48,865 bases of DNA from Rickettsiales bacterium (GCA_005792635.1 SXRF01000091.1:1-48865); one strand, 5' to 3'. Numbered from the stretch's first letter, positions 7,155 to 17,707 are shown. The notes: generated by a model from the letters alone, not told the origin. Numbers and translations are program-made.

Positions 7155-8702
7155 TTATGGCGTAACAAACTCTGTTATTATCACAACACCCGCCTTACCA
7201 GCACCGCCAGAGTATGATGAGCCTCCAATACTTGATCCGCCACTTCCACCTGAGCCATATGCAGCACCACTTGCGCCATTAGCATTAACCACATATCTAG
7301 CTCCGCCTCCAAAAAACGATGTGCCTCCCATACTATATCCGCCACCACCGCCAGAAATATTAATATCTGCACCTGATGATGCGCCTCCTATACCGCCGCC
7401 GCTAGTACTACCGCCAAGAAAGCCGTAACCACCACCTCCACCTGTCGCTGATATAAGCGCACCAAATGAGGAAGTTCCGCCCGCCGTGCCATCTGTGCCA
7501 AAGCTTGTCCCACCTGCACCAGCTGATCCAATGGTGACGGCTTGAGAGCCACCTATAGTTGCAGCCGTAAATCTAGCTCGACCATATCCACCTGCCCCAC
7601 CGCCGCCCGCCACACCACTTGGAACAGCCCCCCCACCGCCGCCACCTCCACCAACAACTTCAATGATGCAGTAGTCCATTCCAGCTGTTGGTGTATATGT
7701 TCCGCTTGAGGTAAAAATTTGTTGTAATACAATAGTTGCTGGTAAATTAGTAAGCAATGCACCAGAAACAGCTGGAAGCTGTGCCGAGCCATTGAGCTGT
7801 ACAATTTTATTTGCAGTTGTGCCGACATCTACATTGATGCCTGTGGAACTGCGAACAATGCCCGTTCCTGCTTTAGCTCGTAGCGCACTACCGCTAAATT
7901 CCAAACCCGAATCAGTGGCAAGATTTGTGGAAATAGCGCGGTTTTCGTTTGCCCCACTATTTGCCGTAGCAAGAGAAATTCCGTTACCAGCGGTGATTTT
8001 GTCCTCAATATATCCTGCGGTGGTGTCATCACTAGAAACTTTGACAAGGTTGGTATTGCCAAAAGGCAGCGCACGGAAAGATGAGCTATCTTTTACAAGG
8101 ATAATTCCTTCATATTGGTTTTTCAGAACATAAGTGGCTGCGCCATTCACTTGTTCGGTGCTATTCGGATCAATGGTGATAGTATTCGCTGTGGCGTCTA
8201 TTTTTTGGATGATGGCATACCAAGACGAGCCTAGTGTGCTTGCGGCGGCGATGTTTGAGGTGAATGATGCACTGGTCGCATCCGCTTTAATCAACTGCCC
8301 GTAATGAGTGCTATCAAGCGTGTGCGTTCCTGTTTTGCTGACTACGGCATTTCCGAAAGTTCCGAGTTGCCCTGATGGTGTAAATGTATTGGCAGAGGTG
8401 TTGATTGTGCCGATGGTTATGCTATCTGTGCCATCATATTGTTTTAGTAGCCACGCCGTTGCACCGCCAGAGTCATCAATCCATAATGTGCCAGCGGCAG
8501 CTGAAGCAGGAAGCGATGCCCCTTTATGGAGCGTGTTAAATGCTGCGTTTATATCGTTTTGCTGGGTGCGAAGCTCTAGCCCTGTTATATTGCTTTCTAA
8601 AACAACATTGCTGACTTGCGCGGCAAAGCTAGGTGTAAATTGCTGCATAAGCAGCAAGGAGATTGCAAAAAACGAGAGTAATTTTTTGTTTATTTTATTC
8701 AT
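7155..8702 (-). CDS. Tail fibre-like protein with Gly-rich C-terminal domain and N-terminal signal-peptide-like extension
   Basis: Follows gpJ-like gene; C-terminal FTSSGTYTP...VVGGGGGGG...GGAGKAGVVIITE glycine-rich fibre tip. Confidence 0.75.
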   Translation of the reverse strand: MNKINKKLLSFFAISLLLMQQFTPSFAAQVSNVVLESNITGLELRTQQNDINAAFNTLHKGASLPASAAAGTLWIDDSGGATAWLLKQYDGTDSITIGTINTSANTFTPSGQLGTFGNAVVSKTGTHTLDSTHYGQLIKADATSASFTSNIAAASTLGSSWYAIIQKIDATANTITIDPNSTEQVNGAATYVLKNQYEGIILVKDSSSFRALPFGNTNLVKVSSDDTTAGYIEDKITAGNGISLATANSGANENRAISTNLATDSGLEFSGSALRAKAGTGIVRSSTGINVDVGTTANKIVQLNGSAQLPAVSGALLTNLPATIVLQQIFTSSGTYTPTAGMDYCIIEVVGGGGGGGGAVPSGVAGGGGAGGYGRARFTAATIGGSQAVTIGSAGAGGTSFGTDGTAGGTSSFGALISATGGGGGYGFLGGSTSGGGIGGASSGADINISGGGGGYSMGGTSFFGGGARYVVNANGASGAAYGSGGSGGSSIGGSSYSGGAGKAGVVIITEFVTP

Positions 8703-8712
8703 AAAAAATCCT

Positions 8713-11700
8713 TTAAGGTGTTAAAATTCCGTAGCCCTTAGCCACATAATCAAAAGTGCGCGATATTCCTGTTCCTGCCGCATTGAAAAAACGGATTGAA
8801 AAGCCTGTCGCTGATTTGGCGGTTATGGTGTAATAATCGCCAGTAGCCATGTTTTGTGTGGCTATGCCAAGGCGTGGGTCGGTACTTTTGAAGGCGAAAC
8901 CAAATATAACATTCGTGCCAGTGGCATCGGTTACAATGTCATTCCCGCTTTGAATTAGGTCGGGCATGTCAATTTGCACAGAAAGCTCCTCAATAGACGG
9001 GGTTACAGTTGGAAAATACGAATAGAGAACTACGCGAGGGCGTACGGCGCGGAAATTATAATCACCAATGGAGGCTATTCTATAATCACTCCAGACTGGT
9101 GAACCACTTGGATCATCATTGGTGGTGGAAATTTGAAATTCAACCTTCCACTGCCCATCGGTTATACCATCCACATTAACTATTTCATCAACATTAGCCC
9201 ATTCATCAGCAATATTGCTGCGTAGATTTCCTGATGCAACTATTCGCGGGGTGATACGGTTAGTATAAATCGCGCCTAAATCTAATTCGGGAAAATCGTA
9301 AGTGCCTTGTGTCTCATAGGCTACAAAATCCAACCCGCTGAAAATCGGACTTAACTCAAGATTTCCGCTGCCGCTAACCTCAACATTAGTTTTTGTGCCT
9401 GCGAATGTTGGATGCTCAACCAATTCATCTACAAAATTGAAATTCAGAAGAGCATCTATATCGGTCGTTATGAGTGCAGCATTGTTGCTATAAATTCCTG
9501 ATGGATAATTATCAGTTGGGTTGGTGACGGCTTTGATAAGCCATGTGCCGCTACGAGTCGGTACAATTGCTGTTGTGGAATTTGCGGAAATTCTATCAAG
9601 CACAGTAACCGAACTATTCCACTCCGCACCAGTTAGCACTGTTGAATAACGAATTTCATAGTGGCTGATATTTAAGTTGCTAGCTTTCTTCCAAGTAAGG
9701 GTGGAAGTATTGCCCATAGAAGTTATGCTGAATGCCGTAACATCGTCGGGTGGAGTGCTATTTATGCTCAAATTGATATTTTCCAAATAAACATACGCAC
9801 TTGGTCGCCCGAGAGCGTCAAAGCTCCGCGCACGAAAACTCCACACTCCGTCTATGGTATTTACAATTGTTACGCTTACGCCAGAAGTAGAATCAACTCG
9901 TTCATAATTATTGCTTCCATTCGGGCGGCGGGCTTCTAATTCAGTGCGAACAACACGGGAATCATTGCTGGATTTCCAAGAAATAGTTGCGGCTGAAAAA
10001 ACAGATTGTCCATTTCGTGCCAAATATTCAAAAATGTGTAAATCTGACGGCGGTGTAATTATGTCCCTACTGATTTTGCTATAATTTAGGGTTGGCAAAT
10101 GCAAACCATTGTCAATATATGCGTATTTATTTTGGTCATAAAGCAAGGCAGTGGTTTCAAATTCGGCGGTACTTCGTTCTTGCATTGCCAAAACGCTGAA
10201 TTGGCGTGGAGCAAGTTCGCTTGAGGTGAGAACCCATACTGCGGATGGTAGCGGTGCGACTGTAAGCGGAGTCGCAAAAGTCAGTGTATCGGTTTGGTTT
10301 TCACTGTTTATTATTCCGATTTCCGCCAGCATTCCATCTGGCATAACCATAGAAATTGTATAGCTTTCACCTGATGCAAGTGTAACTGGTGCATCAATCG
10401 TGACGCCTGTATAATGCAGTGGTGAACCAGCATCATCTTGAACGCTAATTATTCGCCCACTAAAGCGCACGCCAGAATAATCGCTATCCATAACGCTTAA
10501 AATTTGCGATGGAGCAATATCAGCGTCTGCCAAGCCAGTGCTAAAATTCACCACTTCTGTTAAATAGCAATCGCTATAAATTTCCGAACGCCCCGCCCGA
10601 TGCGCCTGTCCACGGCTTGTACAAGCAAAAGCAACAATATCTTTTTTTCTATAGCCGAATTTTGCAATAAGTGCTTGGTCTTCCACCACCTCCACCGCGA
10701 TTTTTTTAGGGTCGTTTAAGTCGGTATATGAAATAAAACAAGCCGTGTGGCGGACATCTAGCGAAGAGCCGCTATAATTAAAGCTTCCGTTATAAACATT
10801 ACTGTTCGTTATGAGCTTTATCGGGTCTTTTGGTGAGTCCTGTGCAACTGTAATAACGCCAGAAGTTCCTTGCACCCCCCAATAAACCATTGCCCGCATA
10901 ACCGAGGCAACTGTTTGTAAAACGCGCAAGGCATCTTCTTGGGTTTGAATAATCCCATTAAAGGTAAAGCGAGGCTCTAGCCCGCCCGCACCATTATCAA
11001 CCATCTCATCAGAATATTGACCACATTCATATAATGCCCATTTATCTGGCAAATATGGCACTATAAGCGAACCAACACCATAGCGGTCATTTATCATTAA
11101 GTCGTATAATACCCAAGCTGGATTATTGCTATATGCCAGCTGAAAAGTTCCATCCCATACTCCTGTATATTCTCTGGTTTCTGGGTCGTAGTTTGACGGA
11201 ACATTTATAATCTTTCCCTTTACCCGATAAGACCTTGTTGGGATATTGCTAAATAATGAGCTGTCAATTTCCAGCCCGATTATATGGTCATCTGGGTAAA
11301 TAAGTTTATGGTCTATAATGCGGGTGTAGGACGACCAATATATATCATTTTGTATATTCGCTGCGGTATTATCGGGTGTTACGCGCGTGAAGCGAATATT
11401 CCATGGTGCAGAGCCAGTTAGATTAAAACGATATTGCTGTTCGTATGGGCTAACTGTTTTTCCAACGATGGTATCTTCAATCGCGGTTATATATGATCCA
11501 CCGTTTGGCTGATATTCAATCTTAAAAGCAACTTGGCTGCCATTCAAATCACCATTGCTAGTATTTTGCTCGGTAAGGGCAGGAATGCGAATGGTTATCC
11601 GCACGGCATCTGTATCATAATCGGTGATTGTACGAACGATAGGAATTGAATGAGTTACTTTTACGCCTTCTGGCTTCTCTTCCTCAACATCATGAAACCC

Positions 11701-11997
11701 TGTTATAACCTCTTGGTCGGGCGTTCCTGTGCGTTCTGCGAAGGTTATGCCTGTAAAATTATAGCTTCCATCAGAATTTTGCAGTGGAGTATTATCAAAA
11801 TAAATAGATTTTGCACCATCTACCAAGCCAACATTTTCTCCTTCGCCGAGCAACTCAATGGCACGAAGCGTGGCTTTGCTTTGAAGAGTATTTGGGGCTT
11901 CCTGAGCAATACGAGAAGAACCTCCGCCACCACCTTTCCCACCGCCGCCGCCTGAACCAGAAATAAATAATGGTAAAATATTGTCATTGCTAATCAC
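8713..11997 (-). CDS. Tail tip / central fibre protein (lambda gpJ-like)
   Basis: 1094 aa; GGGKGGGG, LLGEGE, YSNNPAW, EPRFTFNG, ACTSRGQAHRAG motifs; FN3-like segments. Confidence 0.93.
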   Translation of the reverse strand: MISNDNILPLFISGSGGGGGKGGGGGSSRIAQEAPNTLQSKATLRAIELLGEGENVGLVDGAKSIYFDNTPLQNSDGSYNFTGITFAERTGTPDQEVITGFHDVEEEKPEGVKVTHSIPIVRTITDYDTDAVRITIRIPALTEQNTSNGDLNGSQVAFKIEYQPNGGSYITAIEDTIVGKTVSPYEQQYRFNLTGSAPWNIRFTRVTPDNTAANIQNDIYWSSYTRIIDHKLIYPDDHIIGLEIDSSLFSNIPTRSYRVKGKIINVPSNYDPETREYTGVWDGTFQLAYSNNPAWVLYDLMINDRYGVGSLIVPYLPDKWALYECGQYSDEMVDNGAGGLEPRFTFNGIIQTQEDALRVLQTVASVMRAMVYWGVQGTSGVITVAQDSPKDPIKLITNSNVYNGSFNYSGSSLDVRHTACFISYTDLNDPKKIAVEVVEDQALIAKFGYRKKDIVAFACTSRGQAHRAGRSEIYSDCYLTEVVNFSTGLADADIAPSQILSVMDSDYSGVRFSGRIISVQDDAGSPLHYTGVTIDAPVTLASGESYTISMVMPDGMLAEIGIINSENQTDTLTFATPLTVAPLPSAVWVLTSSELAPRQFSVLAMQERSTAEFETTALLYDQNKYAYIDNGLHLPTLNYSKISRDIITPPSDLHIFEYLARNGQSVFSAATISWKSSNDSRVVRTELEARRPNGSNNYERVDSTSGVSVTIVNTIDGVWSFRARSFDALGRPSAYVYLENINLSINSTPPDDVTAFSITSMGNTSTLTWKKASNLNISHYEIRYSTVLTGAEWNSSVTVLDRISANSTTAIVPTRSGTWLIKAVTNPTDNYPSGIYSNNAALITTDIDALLNFNFVDELVEHPTFAGTKTNVEVSGSGNLELSPIFSGLDFVAYETQGTYDFPELDLGAIYTNRITPRIVASGNLRSNIADEWANVDEIVNVDGITDGQWKVEFQISTTNDDPSGSPVWSDYRIASIGDYNFRAVRPRVVLYSYFPTVTPSIEELSVQIDMPDLIQSGNDIVTDATGTNVIFGFAFKSTDPRLGIATQNMATGDYYTITAKSATGFSIRFFNAAGTGISRTFDYVAKGYGILTP

Positions 11998-12641
11998 AAT
12001 AATTTCTCCGTTGTAATCCCTGCACTAATGACAATACTGCCAACGACACATTCGCCGTAAATAATTGGAATTACCGCACCCTCTGCACCCCGATTTACAG
12101 GTGTACTAAACAAAAAAGATGCTCGTTGGTCTGGGGCTTCTCGGTTGCCATAATCACTTGCCTTTGGAGTTGGTGTCAGCATTTGCGAAACACCAGAGAA
12201 CGCCATTGAAAGACCAAGACCAGCGATATTTCCCCAAGTTACACCAAACCCAGCAACACTAAATGCTGATGTGCCAAATCCCGCTCCAATACCAACCCCA
12301 GCACCAACCGCAGAAAATGCACCATAAGTCGCAACACTGAGAAGGGCAATTCCAGCGATGGCTTTAATACCACCGCCATTTTTTGCGCCTATGGCAAGTG
12401 GTATGATATGAACCGCTTGCCGCTGACCAATTTGAAAATCCAGCGTTTGCTCTTCCAAATCTGTGCCATGCTCAAGATCACCAACTACTACGCGATAACT
12501 GCCATCTATGAAGTCACTGCGAAAACCCTTATAGTTCGCAGCGAGGGCGCGGGCAGCTTCTGGTGCGGTTACAATATCAAAACAATGTTTTGCCCCGTAC
12601 TTTTCTGCGAGGCTGCCATAAAGATGAATATTATGGAGCAT
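11994..12641 (-). CDS. Tail assembly protein (lambda gpI-like)
   Basis: IHLYGSLAEKYG ubiquitin-like start; VIPIIYGECVVGSIVIS end. Confidence 0.9.
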   Translation of the reverse strand: MLHNIHLYGSLAEKYGAKHCFDIVTAPEAARALAANYKGFRSDFIDGSYRVVVGDLEHGTDLEEQTLDFQIGQRQAVHIIPLAIGAKNGGGIKAIAGIALLSVATYGAFSAVGAGVGIGAGFGTSAFSVAGFGVTWGNIAGLGLSMAFSGVSQMLTPTPKASDYGNREAPDQRASFLFSTPVNRGAEGAVIPIIYGECVVGSIVISAGITTEKLL

Positions 12642-13359
12642 AGCGCAAAAACATTTCTGCTCGGTTAAGCCATGGGCTAGCGGGCTGGCGACACGACAAG
12701 CGATTAGGCAGGTGATGAAGGATTAATCCCTTACCGTCTTCTTTATTATCCAAATAAACGCCTGCATGATTGATTTTCGTTGAGTTGACTTTGCCAAGCA
12801 CTAAATCGCCGTCGGCAAGCTGGTCGCGCGAAATTTGCACAAATCCAGCTGCGGCAAAATTATCTACATAAAGATTATCATCGGTTTTCCACCAAATGTC
12901 ATCTCTTGCGCCTTCGGGCAGTTTTATTTCTCGTTTTTGCCAATACCATGCCCGAATAAGGCTATAACAATCGCGCACTCCGTGTTGAAAGTTTCTTCCA
13001 ATCAGTGGCGTATCCAGTAGAAAATCACCCCACCACCAAGGCTCGGAGGCAACTTGTCCATCGGTATCAACCACACCCCATGGAACATTGGTCGCAATCT
13101 GCCCGAGCATATCGCTTTTGCTAGGGCTGCTTGGTACATCAAACTGCACATGTGGGTGACTATGGACTATAGCTTGCAGAGTTCCAGAAATTATATAGCT
13201 AGAAATAGTTTCCGTGGCGATTTGGAAATCTCTTTGCGGATTATCAGCAATATTCTCACAAGCAATATATTCATCATCCGCAATTATACCACATGACTCA
13301 TTCGGAAACTCTGCCAAAGCATGTGCTTGTGCGGCGGAAATAGCAGTTTGGTTAAACAT
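12631..13359 (-). CDS. Tail assembly protein (lambda gpK-like; JAB + NlpC/P60)
   Basis: PNESCG, VHSHP...PSKSD, DCYSL, NHAGVY; start set at ATG 13359 (TAATG overlap). Confidence 0.92.
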   Translation of the reverse strand: MFNQTAISAAQAHALAEFPNESCGIIADDEYIACENIADNPQRDFQIATETISSYIISGTLQAIVHSHPHVQFDVPSSPSKSDMLGQIATNVPWGVVDTDGQVASEPWWWGDFLLDTPLIGRNFQHGVRDCYSLIRAWYWQKREIKLPEGARDDIWWKTDDNLYVDNFAAAGFVQISRDQLADGDLVLGKVNSTKINHAGVYLDNKEDGKGLILHHLPNRLSCRQPASPWLNRAEMFLRYAP

Positions 13360-14069
13360 TATTGTCCTCCGATTCCCGGAAATGCGCGGGTGGGCAGTGG
13401 CTGTGTTCCAAAGCGAATTTTGCAGGAAGATAGTTGCTTTCCGCAAACATCATCAGCTGGGTCAGAAGTTGGAATGTCGCGCTGGTTAAAATATGTGGTT
13501 GAAGAATATGGGCAAGTTGCCTTGGTATAATCAAATGTTCCGCTTGAAGCATCCCACCTGCGATAGCGGTGTGTGCAGGTGCGCTTTAAGCATTGTCTGG
13601 CTGGAATTTGTGCGCCCTGCTGGTCGGTTGGTGCGGCAAGTTCAAACTCTATAAATTGTGGATTTTGATTGAGTTTGCGATTAATACGATAAACATCTAG
13701 CGGAAAGACGGCAGTGGGGTCGGGGTCGCTGCCATCATCTAAATGCTTGCGAAAAGTACGCTGCCGCATGAATGTCGCACCAACTAAATCATTCAGAGTG
13801 ATAACCGATGCAATCATTACCCGCGTCACATTGCTGATGCTGATTTTTGGTCGCGGCGATGCACCCTGCCCATTGCGTTCAAATCCTTCGGCTTTGAATG
13901 GAACAGGATAGTATTTGTTGCCATCAAAGGTTAATGCACCATCAATTGCATTCACATCACTGTCGCTGACAAAGCGAAAAATATCGCCACCAAGAGCCGT
14001 AGTATCAAGCGTATATAGCTTTACTAGCGCGTCTGTTGCTAGCTTTCTTGCATCCGCTGGAACACTCAT
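13359..14069 (-). CDS. Minor tail protein (lambda gpL-like)
   Basis: EGFE...PRPKISISN; C-terminal Fe-S cysteines CTHRYR...CPY...DVCGKQLSSCKIRFG. Confidence 0.92.
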   Translation of the reverse strand: MSVPADARKLATDALVKLYTLDTTALGGDIFRFVSDSDVNAIDGALTFDGNKYYPVPFKAEGFERNGQGASPRPKISISNVTRVMIASVITLNDLVGATFMRQRTFRKHLDDGSDPDPTAVFPLDVYRINRKLNQNPQFIEFELAAPTDQQGAQIPARQCLKRTCTHRYRRWDASSGTFDYTKATCPYSSTTYFNQRDIPTSDPADDVCGKQLSSCKIRFGTQPLPTRAFPGIGGQ

Positions 14070-14072
14070 AAA

Positions 14073-14429
14073 CTATCCAATATCAAAGACTTGTTCAAAG
14101 GTTGCGCTTACATCCATGCAATCTTGCGAATTGCTGCTCGGGGAATAGCTCAGCTGTGAACATTTGAATTTTTTAGCAGTGCTTTCGCGCGGCGGTGTCC
14201 ATAAAAACGGCAAGGTATAATGAGCTTTTAAGAATATTATCAGGGTTTGAGCCTCGTCATTTTCTAAAGCGTTCCACGGCACAGTCCAATTATCACTTAT
14301 ATGATTAATACCCTGTGGTGTGCGCTGCGAATAACCATCGCCGAAAGGTGCTTCAATGATGTTGGCTTTAGGTGTGCATTGCGGGCTATAGCTCGGCGCA
14401 CGCATAGTGGTGGGGAATATATCGGTCAT
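14073..14429 (-). CDS. Distal tail protein (lambda gpM-like)
   Basis: FGDGYSQRTPQGIN, FLWTPP, SATFEQV. Confidence 0.9.
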   Translation of the reverse strand: MTDIFPTTMRAPSYSPQCTPKANIIEAPFGDGYSQRTPQGINHISDNWTVPWNALENDEAQTLIIFLKAHYTLPFLWTPPRESTAKKFKCSQLSYSPSSNSQDCMDVSATFEQVFDIG

Positions 14430-14434
14430 AAATT

Positions 14435-16198
14435 TTATACTGGGTTAAATAATCCGCCCGTACGCATCTGATTACGAGTTTCCTCGGCATAAACCATGCG
14501 TACTGAATTTTCCGCTACTTTAGCGACCTGCTCTAACAAGGCTGCATCGTTAACCCCGCGTCCACTGCCACCTTGCGTCATATTGAAAGTATTGTGAACG
14601 GTGAGACCGCCGTTATTTTCTGCAATCTGGTCATAGGGGACGATTGAGCCATTGATATTTGGCACAAAGCGTTCGCGCCCAAATTCACCAACATCATAAC
14701 TCATTCCAGCGAATACACTGCCACCATTGGCACGCGCACCGCCGAAATTAAAAGCAGTTTTTAATGTTCCTGTGATAAAATCATTTAGAGGTTCTGTAAC
14801 CGTCCTACGCAGCGCAATTTTCGCAACATCTTGTGCGAGAGACGCCAGCACTGTGCGGAGTTTTTCGCCTTTAACAACAGCATCTTCAAAAGCTGAGGTG
14901 AAGGTTAACCCTAAATCCTTGGCTGCATCTTTTAACTCGTTATTTTTCTCCGTGGCTTTTTCATATTCATCGCTGGCTTTTTTTAGGGCGCGATTATAGG
15001 TGTCTTGAGAAATTTCACCTGACATTAGAAAATTATCCAGCTTGTTAACTTCCGCCGAATATTTTTCTGCCGCCGTGCGCGTGTCATCATATATTTTTTG
15101 GGCTTCCTTCAACTCTTGATTTTGCTGCTTCTGTGCATCGGAAAGCCCTTTTAGCGCAGGAGGCTGAAAATTTATTTTCCCCTGACTCTTTGGCGGAGAG
15201 ATAGGACTGTAAAAAGTTACGCTTGATGATGTTTGCTCTAATTGTTTATTTAGATTTTCCAATTCTTGTTTATATTTATTATAAACTGCTGGGTCTTGCT
15301 CATCATTAAATGCTTTTTGTAATTTTGTTATGCGCTCAACAAGAAATGCGCGGCGGCGCAGAATCTCTTCCTGTCCGCTTAACTCATCTACAGGGATACG
15401 GAAATCGCTAGCGCGGGTAATCTTGCTCACCCCTTCAACAAATTCATTGAATTTTATGGCTTTGTCATAAGCAAATTCAAAACCATCAACAGCCAGTATT
15501 CTTAATTTTGCCGTAAGCTCTGCTACATGGTCATTATAGGCATCCATTTTTGCAGCTTGTTCTGGCGAAAGCACAAGATTTAGCTCTTTTGCTCGCTCCA
15601 TTGCATTACGAATGCCCTCTGCACCTTCAGAAAACAACGGGGCAAGGCTTGCACCTGATTTACCAAAAATATCCATTAGCGCACGAGTGCGATCAGAGTC
15701 ATCGCCTAATTTACTGATTTGTTCTGCAATGGTTAAAAACTGTTCTTCTGGTGATAGTTTTTTTATGTCAGAAAGCTTTATACCTAATTGTCCAAATATA
15801 TCAGTACCTTCAGATATATTTTTCTGCATTTTATTTATACTTTGTGCGACACTATCAAGGTCTGTTCCGCTTTGGTTGGCGGCAAGAGATAATTTTGATA
15901 ATGTTTCTACAGAAACTCCTGTTTGCTTGCTTAAATCATTAATATGGTCGCCCATGTCAATGGCGGATTTTATAAATCCTGCACTGAAATAAACTGAAGC
16001 AAAGCCTATCAATTTTCCTTTTGCTGTTTCAACAGTTCTTTGTAAATCGTTAAATTGCTTATTTATTAGACCAAGGCTGCGGTTCATCCGTGCTTGCCCG
16101 CTCGCCAACTGGTCACCAGCAGTTTTTACAGCTGCGGTGAATTTATCGGTTTTAAGATCTAAATCTGCGGATAAACTACCTATCTTTTGCGATGGCAT
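14435..16198 (-). CDS. Tape measure protein
   Basis: 587 aa helical protein between chaperones and gpM; IGSLSADL start, RANGG...VGEFGRERFVP, QMRTGGLF end. Confidence 0.92.
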   Translation of the reverse strand: MPSQKIGSLSADLDLKTDKFTAAVKTAGDQLASGQARMNRSLGLINKQFNDLQRTVETAKGKLIGFASVYFSAGFIKSAIDMGDHINDLSKQTGVSVETLSKLSLAANQSGTDLDSVAQSINKMQKNISEGTDIFGQLGIKLSDIKKLSPEEQFLTIAEQISKLGDDSDRTRALMDIFGKSGASLAPLFSEGAEGIRNAMERAKELNLVLSPEQAAKMDAYNDHVAELTAKLRILAVDGFEFAYDKAIKFNEFVEGVSKITRASDFRIPVDELSGQEEILRRRAFLVERITKLQKAFNDEQDPAVYNKYKQELENLNKQLEQTSSSVTFYSPISPPKSQGKINFQPPALKGLSDAQKQQNQELKEAQKIYDDTRTAAEKYSAEVNKLDNFLMSGEISQDTYNRALKKASDEYEKATEKNNELKDAAKDLGLTFTSAFEDAVVKGEKLRTVLASLAQDVAKIALRRTVTEPLNDFITGTLKTAFNFGGARANGGSVFAGMSYDVGEFGRERFVPNINGSIVPYDQIAENNGGLTVHNTFNMTQGGSGRGVNDAALLEQVAKVAENSVRMVYAEETRNQMRTGGLFNPV

Positions 16199-16526
16199 TT
16201 TCTTTTACCTTTAGGGCTGCGTTGTGCATTTTTAAGTGATGGATAAGTTTGGCGGCAACCGCCTGTTGGTTGGTTTCTGGCTCTTCAAATAAGCTTTCCA
16301 GCCGCGGCAACTGTTTGGCGCGTTGGAAAACTGCTGCATACCAAGCTATGCTTAAGTCATGGCGGTGCTGGTTTTTTTGTTTTTCTGCATGGGCGGAAAC
16401 TGCAACCCGCAACTGATAAGGTGTCATGCTCCAAAAGTCATCATTGCTGATGCCAATCATAAGCGCAGTACGAAAGGCATCCTCAATCAGGTCGCGGTCT
16501 GTTCTTCCTGCTGGGGGCTGCTTTGG
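16176..16526 (-). CDS. Tail assembly chaperone T part (gpGT, reached by -1 frameshift)
   Basis: FWSMTPYQL motif; frame is -1 relative to the G gene and open from 16526, overlapping its end. Confidence 0.75.
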   Translation of the reverse strand, partial: PKQPPAGRTDRDLIEDAFRTALMIGISNDDFWSMTPYQLRVAVSAHAEKQKNQHRHDLSIAWYAAVFQRAKQLPRLESLFEEPETNQQAVAAKLIHHLKMHNAALKVKENAIAKDR

Positions 16527-16849
16527 CTATCATCCTCCAAAAACGATTTTCCGCCTGTAATAGCGCGATTTAATGCTTCGTCCAGTGCGGAAATAACATC
16601 ACCAATTGCAGGTGGTGGGTTTAAGTCTAAAATAAAATCTTCGGTTATGTCTTGATGTTTTGTTTTTAAGCCAATAACCAGTAATTTAGCAAGTTCGCTC
16701 GTATCAAATCCATTCAATATTGCGGAAAATTCTTTTTCTTTGAAAACAGTTTTTACCTCGGCGAATTGCCGCCATGTAAAAAGTAAAGTATATTCTTTGT
16801 TATCAAGGGTTATAGGCGTTTCTGCTGTATATTTATTATTGTTTGCCAT
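16487..16849 (-). CDS. Tail assembly chaperone (gpG-like)
   Basis: Between tail tube and TMP; ITLDNKEYTLLFTW start. Confidence 0.8.
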   Translation of the reverse strand: MANNNKYTAETPITLDNKEYTLLFTWRQFAEVKTVFKEKEFSAILNGFDTSELAKLLVIGLKTKHQDITEDFILDLNPPPAIGDVISALDEALNRAITGGKSFLEDDSQSSPQQEEQTAT

Positions 16850-16851
16850 AA

Positions 16852-17277
16852 TTATAGACCTGCCACTGCACCACTGATTTCAAGGGTTACTGATGCACCA
16901 ACGATTTGGTCAACCGCGAAATTTCCTGATTTATTAGAAATTACATAAGCGGAAAAAGTTTTTGGAGTTGAGTCACCAGTAATTTCTAGTTTGAAATTGC
17001 GAAGCTGCTTGTCGATTACAGCCGTCCTTAAAATATCCTGACCATTTGTATCTGTCGGGTCGTAATGAAGTTGAAGTGTTAGCTGTCCGTAGTCAGCTAA
17101 TCCAACCTTCTTCTCTTTTGCGGTGCTGTCCAGAGTAGTTGCGTCAAGAACAGCTAGCACTGCGCCAAGTTCGCCAATTTCTTTTACTTCAGAAATTGCG
17201 TGAAAAACTTCTGGCGATGCTCCATCACCAACTTTGATTAAAGTGCCTTGGGCATTGAGAGATTTTGCTGCGGTCAT
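16852..17277 (-). CDS. Major tail tube protein
   Basis: QGTLIKVGDG, LDATTLDS...GLADYG, VTLEISG. Confidence 0.88.
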   Translation of the reverse strand: MTAAKSLNAQGTLIKVGDGASPEVFHAISEVKEIGELGAVLAVLDATTLDSTAKEKKVGLADYGQLTLQLHYDPTDTNGQDILRTAVIDKQLRNFKLEITGDSTPKTFSAYVISNKSGNFAVDQIVGASVTLEISGAVAGL

Positions 17278-17299
17278 GGTAAGCTCCTTTTTTTAGGGT

Positions 17300-17704
17300 T
17301 TAAGATTGTGCTTCATCGTGGGTGATAAGGAATTCCATCATCACGCGGTAAAGTTTCGGGTCGGTTTCAGTGATGGAAAAATCACTGTCGGTTATTAGGC
17401 TGCTGCCTTTTATGGCGGGGTTGGCGGTATAATCGCTCCAGCCATCCAGCGCAAGGCGCAGTTGCTCGGCAATTTGGCGGGCGGAAATATAGCTGGTGGC
17501 GTAGCAATCAATTTGGAATCTAGTCTGCGCGGTGAAGGATGCGCCTTGTAGATTTTTCACTCGTCCACTGGATATGCGCTGGAAGGTGACGAATGGTTTG
17601 GTAATATCCTGTGGCGCGAGGAGTGGAAAAATTCGTGTTTTCACCAAATCCGTAAGCCCAGCAACGCTGGTTAGCTTGCTGAAAATTATGGTTTCCACAC
17701 TCAT
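17300..17704 (-). CDS. Tail terminator (DUF3168-like)
   Basis: RIFPLLAPQ, PFVTFQRIS, RFQIDCYA. Confidence 0.85.
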   Translation of the reverse strand: MSVETIIFSKLTSVAGLTDLVKTRIFPLLAPQDITKPFVTFQRISSGRVKNLQGASFTAQTRFQIDCYATSYISARQIAEQLRLALDGWSDYTANPAIKGSSLITDSDFSITETDPKLYRVMMEFLITHDEAQS

Positions 17705-17707
17705 TGC

